In this document: in pieces, positions 51,030 to 59,161 of the stretch
Layout of the letters: every line of letters begins with the position of its first letter
How positions within the stretch are numbered: position 1 is the first letter of the stretch
DNA from: Acidiferrobacterales bacterium
Lineage (GTDB): Bacteria > Pseudomonadota > Gammaproteobacteria > Acidiferrobacterales > SPGG2
NCBI GenBank assembly: GCA_046760105.1
Contig: JBHIDJ010000003.1
Span: forward strand, 19,718-83,717
Direction of reading: 5' to 3'
DNA length: 64,000 bases
The notes under the pieces: model-generated
The model's database searches: none
What the model was told of the DNA's origin: nothing
The model's input: only the letters and a program-made list of their open reading frames with translations
Program-made: the position numbers and the translations under genes

Positions 51030-53291
51030 ATGTTGCGATTGCTTTCGATCCGAGACCGACTCTTCCTTCTGCTGATGCTGCTCGTCGCGTCGCTCGTCTT
51101 CACCAACCTCCTGCTGATCAACCAGACGAGAAACCTCGAGCACTCCATCCGTCAACAGGCGCACAACATCGATCGCATGGTGAAAGTCGATGCAGCGGTC
51201 AAGACCTTCGGCGACCTTAAGTACTGGCTGACTGCCTGGGCACTTAACGTCGACGCCCATGCCGAGAAGCGTGCCAAGGACGCCCGCGACCTCCTAAACG
51301 GACAGCTATCCGAGCTCAAACCGGATCTGCCGGAGGTGGTCGCCGATGTGCCTGGGCAGGCGGCCGATCTGGTGAGCGAGACAAGCGCGGCCGCGGAAGC
51401 GTTCGCGCGTGATAACTATGCCGTTGCCAAGGGCCTGATCCGCAGGGGGCATGGGCATGTTTTGGCGGTTGATGCCAAGCTTTCAACGGTGGTGGGTAGC
51501 CTCCAAGAAAAAGCTCAGAGTGCTGCCGCGAGAGCGTTGCGGGAGACTTCGCAGGATGTTCAAACCGCCTTATGGATCGTCGTGCTGGTGAGCCTCGTGG
51601 CCGCCACCTTGACCTTTCTAATCGTGCGCTCGGTGGTCATGCCGCTGCGACAAGTGGGCGGGGTGATAGGCGCTATGAGCGCTGGCGAGATGGACGTCCC
51701 TCTGCCGCCAGCGAGCCGTGATGAGATCGGGGATATGGTGCAGGTGCTCACCCTGTTCCGGGAGAACGTCGCACGACGCAGGGCAATCGAACAGGACTTG
51801 CGCGAGGTGCTCGATGCCATCGAATACGGCATCCTGTTCATGGATTCGAATTTGCAGATTCGCATCGATAACCGCGCCTACCGCGAAATCTGGGGTATCC
51901 CCGAGAGCTTTCTCGCCCAGAAGCCCCACCTGCGGGAGTTAATGGAGTACAACCGCGAACACGAGATCTACGATGTCCCCGAGGGTGGGTGGGAGAACTA
52001 CGTCGAAGGCCGTATCGACTCCATTCAAAAGGGGAGTATTCCCCCGACGGAGCTGCACCGCGCCGACGGCAAGATAATCCAGTATCAGTGCGTCGCCCTT
52101 CCAGACGGCGGTCGGATGCTCACGTATTTCGACATTACCGAGATCAAGCGCGCCGAGCAGGCGCTGCGCGAGAGCGAGGAGCGTTACGCCCTGGCGATGA
52201 TGGGCGCCAATGAAGGGCTGTGGGACTGGGACTCGCGCGCCAATGAGATTTACGTCTCCCCGCGCTTCAAGACGATCTTCGGGATGGAGACGGAGGCCCT
52301 CAAAATCACGCCAGCCGACTGGGAGGCCTGCATCCATCCGGATGACCGTGCCCACTACCGCCAGGCATTTCAGGCGCACTTGCGCGGTGACACCGAGTTC
52401 TACCAATCCGAATGCCGCGTGCTGTTGCCCGATGGAGCCCAGCGCTGGGTCCGGATGCGCGGCATCGGCCTGCGCGATGAACGCGGCCGGGTATATCGCA
52501 TGGCCGGATCCGTCGGCGATATCACTGCGGGCAAGCAAGCTGAAATCGAGCTACGCCAAGCCAAGGATGAGGCCATGCAAGCGAGCAACGCCAAAACCCA
52601 GTTCCTCGCCAACATGAGCCATGAGCTGCGCACACCTCTGAACGCCATCTTGGGTTATACGGAGCTGATCCTGGACCAGGTATACGGCGAGGTGCCCGAC
52701 CAGACCCGGGATGTTCTCGAGCGCGTGGAGCAGAGCGGCCGCCACCTACTTGGGCTCATCAACGACGTTCTCGACCTCTCCAAGATCGAGGCAGGTCGCT
52801 TCACGCTGCCCCTCGCCGACTATTCCATGCAGGAGGTGGTCGGGAACGTCATTAGCACAGTCGAATCATTGGGGGCGGAAAAAAATCTGGCCCTGAACGT
52901 TTCGCTTCCACCTGATCTGCCTATCGGAAGGGGGAACGAACAACGCATCACCCAGGTCCTGCTGAATCTCATCGGGAACGCAATCAAGTTTACTGACGTC
53001 GGGGAGGTTTCAGTAGAGGTAACGGTATCCGACGAAAACTTTGTCGTTTCCGTGTCCGACACCGGGATCGGCATATCGGAAGCGGATCAAGCGGAGATTT
53101 TCAAAGAATTTCAGCAGGCGGACAATTCCGTCACACGCGAACGTGGGGGCACAGGCCTCGGTCTCGCCATCGCCAGGCGCATGATCGAAATACAGGGGGG
53201 GCGCGTGTGGGTTCAGTCGACCCGGGGCAAGGGTTCGACCTTTTCGTTCTCACTGCCCATCCGGGTCGAGCCACAGCCGGAGGCGACATGA
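51030..53291 (+). CDS. Sensor histidine kinase (2 TM + periplasmic helical domain, HAMP, 2x PAS, HisKA, HATPase_c)
   Basis: H-box FLANMSHELRTPLNAILGYTE, N-box LLNLIGNAIKFT, G-boxes DTGIGI and GGTGLGLAI. Two PAS-like blocks occupy aa ~270-520. Confidence 0.9.
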   Translation: MLRLLSIRDRLFLLLMLLVASLVFTNLLLINQTRNLEHSIRQQAHNIDRMVKVDAAVKTFGDLKYWLTAWALNVDAHAEKRAKDARDLLNGQLSELKPDLPEVVADVPGQAADLVSETSAAAEAFARDNYAVAKGLIRRGHGHVLAVDAKLSTVVGSLQEKAQSAAARALRETSQDVQTALWIVVLVSLVAATLTFLIVRSVVMPLRQVGGVIGAMSAGEMDVPLPPASRDEIGDMVQVLTLFRENVARRRAIEQDLREVLDAIEYGILFMDSNLQIRIDNRAYREIWGIPESFLAQKPHLRELMEYNREHEIYDVPEGGWENYVEGRIDSIQKGSIPPTELHRADGKIIQYQCVALPDGGRMLTYFDITEIKRAEQALRESEERYALAMMGANEGLWDWDSRANEIYVSPRFKTIFGMETEALKITPADWEACIHPDDRAHYRQAFQAHLRGDTEFYQSECRVLLPDGAQRWVRMRGIGLRDERGRVYRMAGSVGDITAGKQAEIELRQAKDEAMQASNAKTQFLANMSHELRTPLNAILGYTELILDQVYGEVPDQTRDVLERVEQSGRHLLGLINDVLDLSKIEAGRFTLPLADYSMQEVVGNVISTVESLGAEKNLALNVSLPPDLPIGRGNEQRITQVLLNLIGNAIKFTDVGEVSVEVTVSDENFVVSVSDTGIGISEADQAEIFKEFQQADNSVTRERGGTGLGLAIARRMIEIQGGRVWVQSTRGKGSTFSFSLPIRVEPQPEAT

Positions 53292-53653
53292 ACGGGCGGA
53301 TTCTGGTAGTCGAGGATCAAGAGGATAACCGTAAGATCATGCGCGACCTGCTGACCAACGCCGACTACGAAGTGATCGAAGCGGTGACCGGCGACGAGGG
53401 GGTGGCCATGGCGCAAACCCACGTTCCCGACGTCATCCTCATGGACATAAACCTCCCCGGGCTCGATGGATACGAAGCGACGCGCCAGATCAAAGCCAAT
53501 CCCGCGCTCCACCACATTCCGATCATCGCAGTCACCTCCTACGCGCTAAGCGGCGACGAGGCAAAGGCCCGGGAGGCCGGCTGCGACGCCTATTTCAGCA
53601 AACCGGTCAGCCCGCGCGCGCTCCTGGCCAAGGTGCGCGAGTACACCGGATAA
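53288..53653 (+). CDS. Single-domain response regulator (CheY-like)
   Basis: MNGRILVVEDQEDN..., ILMDINLPGLDG, AVTSYA, FSKP. The ATG at 53288 overlaps the kinase stop as ATGA. Confidence 0.88.
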   Translation: MNGRILVVEDQEDNRKIMRDLLTNADYEVIEAVTGDEGVAMAQTHVPDVILMDINLPGLDGYEATRQIKANPALHHIPIIAVTSYALSGDEAKAREAGCDAYFSKPVSPRALLAKVREYTG

Positions 53654-53672
53654 GCGCCCCGAGGAGCAAATT

Positions 53673-54842
53673 GTGAGAACGCCACCGCAGATCCTCATCG
53701 TGGACGACAACCCGACGAACGTGGATATCCTTCAGGCACGCCTCACCGTGCACGGCTATGACATTCTCACGGCGAGCGACGGCGAGCAAGCTGTAAGCAT
53801 CGCCAGAGAAAGGCAGCCAGATCTCATTTTGTTGGATGTCATGATGCCAAAAATGGATGGCATCGAGGTCTGTCGACACCTCAAAGGCGATCCCTCGCTG
53901 CCGTTTATGCCGATTATCCTGGTCACAGCTAAGTCGGATTCGAAGGACGTGGTCGCCGGTCTGGAGGCGGGTGCCGAGGAGTATCTGACCAAGCCCGTAG
54001 ACCAACAGGCGCTCGTGGCAAGGGTCAAGTCGATGTTGAAGATTAAGGACCTCCACGATACGACCCAAGAGCAGGCGGCCCAGCTCTCGCAGTGGAACCG
54101 GACGCTCGAGGAGCGCGTCAAGGAGCAACTCGCAGAGCTGGAGCGCATGAGCCAGCTGAAGCGATTCTTCTCTCCGCATCTCGCGAAGCTCATCGTGTCC
54201 TCCGGAGACAAGAGCTTCCTCAAAAGCCACCGACAGGATATCACCGTGCTCTTCTGTGACCTCCGCGGGTACACGACATTCGCGACGAGCGCCGAGCCCG
54301 AAGAGGAAATCCAGCTGCTGGACGAGTACCACAAGGTCGTCGGTTCCTTGGTATTCGGCTTCGAGGCAACCCTGGAGCACTACGCCGGGGATGGGATCAT
54401 GGCGTTCTTCAACGACCCGATACCCTGTCCTTCTCCGGCGGTGCGCGCCATCCGGATGGCATTGGCGATGCAACGGGAGGTCGGCGAGTTGCTCGAGGGG
54501 TGGCGGAAACGCGGCTTCGACTTGGGGTTCGGCGTGGGGATTGCCATGGGGTACGCCACGTTGGGACAGATCGGTTTCGAAGGCCAATTTCACTACGCCG
54601 CCGTCGGCTCTGTGTCTAACCTTGCGGCGCGCCTTTGCGACAAGGCCCAAAGCGGGCAGATCCTGATCTCCCAGCGGGTCTACGCGGAACTCGAGGGGCT
54701 GGCAGAGGCTGAACCGGTCGGAGAGCTCGCTCTCAAGGGATTCGAGAAGCCCTTACCCGCCTATAACGTGCTCGCAATAAAGGCCGATGAATCTCCTCAC
54801 GAGGAAACTCAGTCTCCGGGGTCGAGCGACGGGAGGCGGTGA
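53673..54842 (+). CDS. Response regulator with a class III adenylate/guanylate cyclase output domain
   Basis: REC (ILIVDDNPTN, ILLDVMMPKMDG, VTAKS, LTKP), a coiled-coil linker, then CYCc (ITVLFCDLRGYTTFA..., GDGIMAFFNDP, GIAMGYATLGQIGF..., NLAARL). Confidence 0.88.
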   Translation: MRTPPQILIVDDNPTNVDILQARLTVHGYDILTASDGEQAVSIARERQPDLILLDVMMPKMDGIEVCRHLKGDPSLPFMPIILVTAKSDSKDVVAGLEAGAEEYLTKPVDQQALVARVKSMLKIKDLHDTTQEQAAQLSQWNRTLEERVKEQLAELERMSQLKRFFSPHLAKLIVSSGDKSFLKSHRQDITVLFCDLRGYTTFATSAEPEEEIQLLDEYHKVVGSLVFGFEATLEHYAGDGIMAFFNDPIPCPSPAVRAIRMALAMQREVGELLEGWRKRGFDLGFGVGIAMGYATLGQIGFEGQFHYAAVGSVSNLAARLCDKAQSGQILISQRVYAELEGLAEAEPVGELALKGFEKPLPAYNVLAIKADESPHEETQSPGSSDGRR

Positions 54843-55107
54843 CGCGTGCATTCGGCCCTTGCGGATAACAGACAGATATCATGTATTGACCTACCCGTTC
54901 TCAAGCGACGTGAGTTAGGTCGGCCGTAAGCAATGGGATGGACTCCTCCTCACCTCAACGGCATCTAGGTGCCAGACTATATCGGCTTCATCCACATAGG
55001 ACCATGTTCCACATCGTTGAATCACGGTTAGCCTTGCCCAATTGAGACAAGAGGGGCAGTCGGTTTGTAGGTCGGCCTAGGAGATCGCGTCACATAAGGA
55101 TCATTCC

Positions 55108-56340
55108 GTGCAAAGCAGCCTTCAACAGCATCCCGTCCTCGTTCTGGGTGCCTTCTTCCCAGCTCTTGGGGTTGTCCACTCCTTGGCGCCCAAGGGCGCC
55201 ACATGCTGGATCTGCGATTCACGCCGAAACGTTGCTGGTTGGTCCCGTCACGCGCACTACCGGTGCATACCCGATCCCCGACTCGACGACCGGAGAATGA
55301 TCGATCGGCTGCTTGCACTCGCGCGCACGGTCGGAGGTAAGCCGATCCTGGTGCCCACGGACGATCATTTTGCGCAAGTGCTTGCCCGCCATCGGGTTGA
55401 ATTGGAAGAGGCCGCGATCCCATGCGTCGCACCGAGTGAAGCTGTCGAGCTGCTTGTCGATCAACAGCGGTTCTGTGAATGGGGGCAAGCGAACGATGTC
55501 AGCTGTCCAAAAGCTGTCCGGGTCAGCGAAGCCCTCGGCTCGCTTGCTCTGCCCTTTGTTGCGAAGCCCATCAACAAGTCGTCCTTCGAAGTGACTGCGC
55601 GCAAGCTCCCACGTGGTCAACAGGCGAGCGACTTGCGTTTCAAGTTCATCCGCAGCGCGGAGGAATGGCAGGTTTACAAAGATGAAATCTGCCCCAATCT
55701 CGAGCATATTCTGGTCCAGGAGTTCATCGAGGGTACGACCACCGATATGTACTCGATCGGCGTCTACGCCGATCGGCAATCCTGCATCAAGGGGCTCTTC
55801 GTTGGTCGGAAGCTTCGCGGTTACCCTGCCTTGTACGGGAACACGAAACTTGGACAGAACGACCGCGTTCCCAACGATGTGTTGGACGAAGTGACGCGCA
55901 TCGTCCGAGAACTTGCCTACACCGGCATCGCTGAGTTCGAATATAGGCGGGAACCCACGACCGGCCACTTTCGCCTTATCGAGATCAATCCGAGATGCTG
56001 GAGCTGGATCGGTGCCACCGCTGTGTCCAAGGCCGACATTCCTTGGATCGCCTTTCAGGATTTGACCGGCGCGAAACTAGGCGGCGTTATCCAAAATGGC
56101 TCCCCAGGATCGATCAAATACGTGCAGATCATGTCGGACTTCGCAAACGTGTTCTTGCGCTACCGCTGGGATTATCCTGCTTGGCTCATGGGGCCGCGGG
56201 CCTGGTGGAACAGTCTCAAAGCTGAAAAGTTAGTGATTGCGGAATTCGACCGGGGTGACTGGCCTGTCGCGCTTTTCTACTTCGCATTGGTCTTACAGAA
56301 TGCCGCCATACTTCTTATTAGGCGACTAAGGAAGCGTTGA
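55108..56340 (+). CDS. ATP-grasp domain protein (COG3919-like predicted carboxylate-amine ligase)
   Basis: 410 aa, GTG start with AAGGA upstream. Pre-ATP-grasp Rossmann-like N-terminus (VLVLGAFFPALGVVHSLAPKG), a central LVQEFIEG motif and EFEYRREPTTGHFRLIEINPR, typical of ATP-grasp C-lobes. Confidence 0.7.
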   Translation: MQSSLQQHPVLVLGAFFPALGVVHSLAPKGATCWICDSRRNVAGWSRHAHYRCIPDPRLDDRRMIDRLLALARTVGGKPILVPTDDHFAQVLARHRVELEEAAIPCVAPSEAVELLVDQQRFCEWGQANDVSCPKAVRVSEALGSLALPFVAKPINKSSFEVTARKLPRGQQASDLRFKFIRSAEEWQVYKDEICPNLEHILVQEFIEGTTTDMYSIGVYADRQSCIKGLFVGRKLRGYPALYGNTKLGQNDRVPNDVLDEVTRIVRELAYTGIAEFEYRREPTTGHFRLIEINPRCWSWIGATAVSKADIPWIAFQDLTGAKLGGVIQNGSPGSIKYVQIMSDFANVFLRYRWDYPAWLMGPRAWWNSLKAEKLVIAEFDRGDWPVALFYFALVLQNAAILLIRRLRKR

Positions 56341-56443
56341 TTCCTGGACCGGCTCCGCTCACGGTCCAACTGTTGATTGCGCAGCTGCAGACGGCGGTCG
56401 CAACGCTGATTAATACCTTTGATGACTCACAGGAGGAACGAAG

Positions 56444-56818
56444 ATGCGGGTTGTGCGAAAGGACTTTTCGGACCTTTTGAAGCTGTTCATATTGGCGATC
56501 TGTGCATGGGGTTTACCTGAACGCCATTGGTCCGGCGTTTGCCGCAGGCTCACCAAGGCAGAGTTGTGGAAGAACAAGAAAAGGACTGAGACTGCTGTCC
56601 ACCGAATTCGAACCGCATGCGACGGTCGGGCCATACCCCTCAGCCCGGAAGACGTGGAGCTCGAACGCGCGGCGGCGCATTACCTGGATCGCCTTCAGAT
56701 CTTCGCCGATTATCGCCCCCGCGGCTGGTCTCCAGAGATCGAGTTACACGGGCGAGAGCATCTGGATGAGGCCCTCGCCCAGGGCCGGGGCGCAATCCTC
56801 TGGGCGCTGCACGGATGA
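56444..56818 (+). pseudogene. Possible truncated lysophospholipid/lipid-A acyltransferase (LPLAT, LpxL-like) N-terminal fragment
   Basis: The 124-aa ORF (AGGAGG Shine-Dalgarno) ends ...IELHGREHLDEALAQGRGAILWALHG*, exactly where LpxL/LPLAT proteins carry the H(x)4D catalytic block. No continuation appears in any frame downstream. It could instead be an intact small protein. Confidence 0.4.
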
Positions 56819-57098
56819 ACCCCAGTGCGGTTGGTCTAAACAAACGGATTCTAAGCTTGCCATTCTGAACAGACGTCTCTGTGGCATTAATAACGGCCGA
56901 CCTAAAAAAGTCGTGCAAGACAGTCCTCGCTCGCTCGCTTAGGCCATCCGCCCTCCGCGGCGGCGATGCGGGACAGGAAATACCATAGTGCTCCAGGTGA
57001 GCCGCTGCCCAGCGAGCTCTCTTTGACCTAACGCACACAAATACCCCTTTGAGGCCGCTCGAAGCAGCATCTTGCCTGTTGCCTGCTGTTGTATAGGG

Positions 57099-57115
57099 TT
57101 GTGAATTTTTCACAA
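57099..57115. promoter_or_regulatory. Perfect 17-bp palindrome, CRP-like operator candidate (TGTGA-N5-TCACA)
   Basis: TTGTGAATTTTTCACAA, followed 5 nt later by an extra half-site TTGTGAA (57121..57127). A TATAGT -10-like hexamer lies at 57159..57164. Confidence 0.5.
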
Positions 57116-57187
57116 ATTGTTTGTGAAAACCTCCCTGGAGTACTGATGCTCACCGCAATATAGTGAGGATCGCCATCGGGCTCGTGG

Positions 57188-57204
57188 GCGTGAATTTCTC
57201 ACAA
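57188..57204. promoter_or_regulatory. CRP-like operator candidate (CGTGA-N5-TCACA)
   Basis: GCGTGAATTTCTCACAA lies 89 bp downstream of the perfect palindrome, in the same ~700-bp non-coding stretch upstream of the second Sel1 gene. Confidence 0.4.
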
Positions 57205-57512
57205 TTTCTGATGGCAACGCTACATAGAGCGAGCAACCAGGAGTCTAGTAAGGTGACAAGCATCCAAACATTTAGCGGGTTATCCGGGCGAGGGCTCGCG
57301 CTGCAGACGCGAGGCTTATCCGCTGCGGCACCCACAGTGACTATGAACAGAAGGAATGACGAGACGATACAAGAGTACGAACGCCCGATACCTGGGGTAA
57401 CTGGTAGGGACGTTTTTTGTGCATGGATTGTAGTCGCTACATTTCTGCTCGGGTTGCTTGTGTTGTCCGTGGTTTAACGAGAACCCGAAAAATAGCAAGA
57501 GAGAATTCGCGA

Positions 57513-57938
57513 ATGCGGTTGACCAAACTCATAGCCTCGCTATTTGTCAGAGGTGGGCAAACGCTCCACATGCGAACTTATAAGGAAGGATTGGCCGCCT
57601 ATAAGTCTGGGCACTATAGCGCGGCAGTAGCTAGTCTAAGGCCGTATGCTAAGAAGGGCGATGCACTGGCGCAGCTGACGCTTGGCAACATGTACAAGAA
57701 AGGTCTTGGGGTGCCGAAGGACCTCGATCAAGCGGCGCATTGGTACCGCAAAGCGGCGACTCAGGGGGATCCTGACGCGAAGTTTAATCTGGGAATCATG
57801 TACATCAGGGGGGACGGTGTAACCGGCGACAAAGGTCAAGCGTTAAACTGGCTGAAGGACGCGGCAGAACAGGGCCACAGACAAGCCAGGCTCGCTTATG
57901 AATACATCACGAGGCAAGAGTACCAGAACGTCTGTTGA
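57513..57938 (+). CDS. Sel1-like repeat protein (short)
   Basis: About three Sel1 repeats (AQLTLGNMYKKGLGVPKDLDQAAHWYRKAATQGDPDAKFNLGIMYIRGDGV...). I prefer the ATG at 57513 over the longer track ORF from 57417. Confidence 0.8.
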   Translation: MRLTKLIASLFVRGGQTLHMRTYKEGLAAYKSGHYSAAVASLRPYAKKGDALAQLTLGNMYKKGLGVPKDLDQAAHWYRKAATQGDPDAKFNLGIMYIRGDGVTGDKGQALNWLKDAAEQGHRQARLAYEYITRQEYQNVC

Positions 57939-57981
57939 CCGGCGATCGCAGCAAAGGTCAGCATTGATGCGCACGCACTGA

Positions 57982-58278
57982 CGCAAACTTCAGTTTCGCA
58001 TCGGCATCGACCTGAGGGATGTCATCGTCGATCGACACCACATTTATGGCGACGGCGTCAATGTGACAGTGCGCTTTCAAAGTCTGGCTGAGCCGGGTGG
58101 CATTTGTCTCTCCCAAACGGCGCACGAAGCCATCAGCAACAAACTACCGCTTACCTACGAATTCATAGGCGAGCAATCCGCGAAGAACATTAGCAAGCTG
58201 CTACCGGCCTTGCGTGTCAGGATGGAACCGGGCTACCAGCCAACCGATATCCCTGCCCTCATATCCCAACTAGTGTGA
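57982..58278 (+). pseudogene. 3' fragment of a class III adenylate/guanylate cyclase gene
   Basis: The frame reads, straight after a TGA at 57979: RKLQFRIGIDLRDVIVDRHHIYGDGVNVTVRFQSLAEPGGICLSQTAHEAISNKL..FIGEQSAKNISKLLPALRV. This matches the C-terminal half of CYCc domains (RIGIh.G.v....d.yGdgVN.AARLesLAepGgI.iS). The N-terminal half is absent and AARLES has degenerated to TVRFQS. Confidence 0.6.
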
Positions 58279-58289
58279 ATACTTCACAG
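58273..58289. promoter_or_regulatory. CRP-like operator candidate (TGTGA-N5-TCACA; 15-bp perfect core)
   Basis: GTGTGAATACTTCACAG lies 213 nt upstream of the ATG at 58502. Confidence 0.5.
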
Positions 58290-58501
58290 TCGCCGCGCCT
58301 AACCGATCACAGCGATCGGATGGTGACTTGGATACAGTGCACGCTACAAGACGGCCTTACACAGGCACTTGTATTGGCGGAGATCCGCGCTAGCTAGAGT
58401 CCGAGTCGTAGCTCATGCAGGTGGCACTCCGCAAGCCAGGCGTCGACCTGGATCTACGAGTTAGAGTTAACCGCGAAAATACTTCAGAAAGGAGAGTCAA
58501 A

Positions 58502-59161
58502 ATGGTAGCAACGTCTGAGAAGTTTGAAGAGCTTGAAAAGCTTAATGAGGTAGAAGCGTTACGCGAGCAGGAACACGAGGGAGAGGTTCCTGAAGTAGAG
58601 GATGGGGAACAGGGTGACGAGTCTCCACAGTTTTTTGAGGAACATGGAACGTTTCCTGAATTAGAATACGGAAGGCACGGGGGCTGGCCTGGCAAGTACC
58701 GAAAATTTGGAAAGTGTAAGTTTGAAGTCGGGCTTCCCCACTACCCGCCCCTCACGGGTGCCATAAGAGCGGAAGTCTACGAGAATGGTAAACCCTCAAA
58801 TTGCATCATCCGCGCAGACAAGGAGTGGTCTGTTCGAGTTCATTGGTATCTGAAGGGTGCACTGCAAGACTGTATCTGCGGATATTGGTGTCTCAATTTG
58901 TTCATGGAGTCCATCGGCCCGGGACCTGAGCTTGTGATCCCCTATCATAAACTCATTCCGCTGAGGCCCTGCGGAAATGGCCATTATTGGTACGAGATCA
59001 AGGTTCCGGCAGGCTTCATCACCCCGAAGCACTGCTCGATCCCTTACCAGCTGGTCGCTGGCGTCACTTATCGTACGCCTTGCAAGAAGCCGGGCCCGAT
59101 ATCGGGGTTCTGCAAGCTGCCAATGATTCAATTTTATGAATCCAGCAAGAGATTTACATAA
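58502..59161 (+). CDS. Hypothetical protein: acidic N-terminal region plus Cys/aromatic-rich C-terminal domain
   Basis: The ATG at 58502 is preceded by AAAGGAGAG. The first ~50 aa are Glu-rich (EKFEELEKLNEVEALREQEHEGEVPEVEDGEQGDE). The rest holds about 11 Cys (GKCKFEV, QDCICGYWCLN, RPCGNGHYWY, KHCSIPY, TPCKKPGPISGFCK). No family recognised. GC content is visibly lower than in neighbouring genes. Confidence 0.6.
   Translation: MVATSEKFEELEKLNEVEALREQEHEGEVPEVEDGEQGDESPQFFEEHGTFPELEYGRHGGWPGKYRKFGKCKFEVGLPHYPPLTGAIRAEVYENGKPSNCIIRADKEWSVRVHWYLKGALQDCICGYWCLNLFMESIGPGPELVIPYHKLIPLRPCGNGHYWYEIKVPAGFITPKHCSIPYQLVAGVTYRTPCKKPGPISGFCKLPMIQFYESSKRFT

Noticed and set aside
53607-54650. 347-aa minus-strand ORF
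   Set aside because: It is antisense to the REC-cyclase gene, whose plus-strand motifs (DDNPTN, MPKMDG, FCDLRGYT, GDGIMAFF) are unambiguous.
57163-57477. 104-aa plus-strand ORF (GTG start) whose C-terminal 44 aa from the ATG at 57343 would form a small TM peptide (...DVFCAWIVVATFLLGLLVLSVV)
   Set aside because: Neither start has a Shine-Dalgarno. The N-terminal part overlaps the operator-like palindrome, and nothing family-like is present. A small membrane peptide cannot be excluded but is unsupported.
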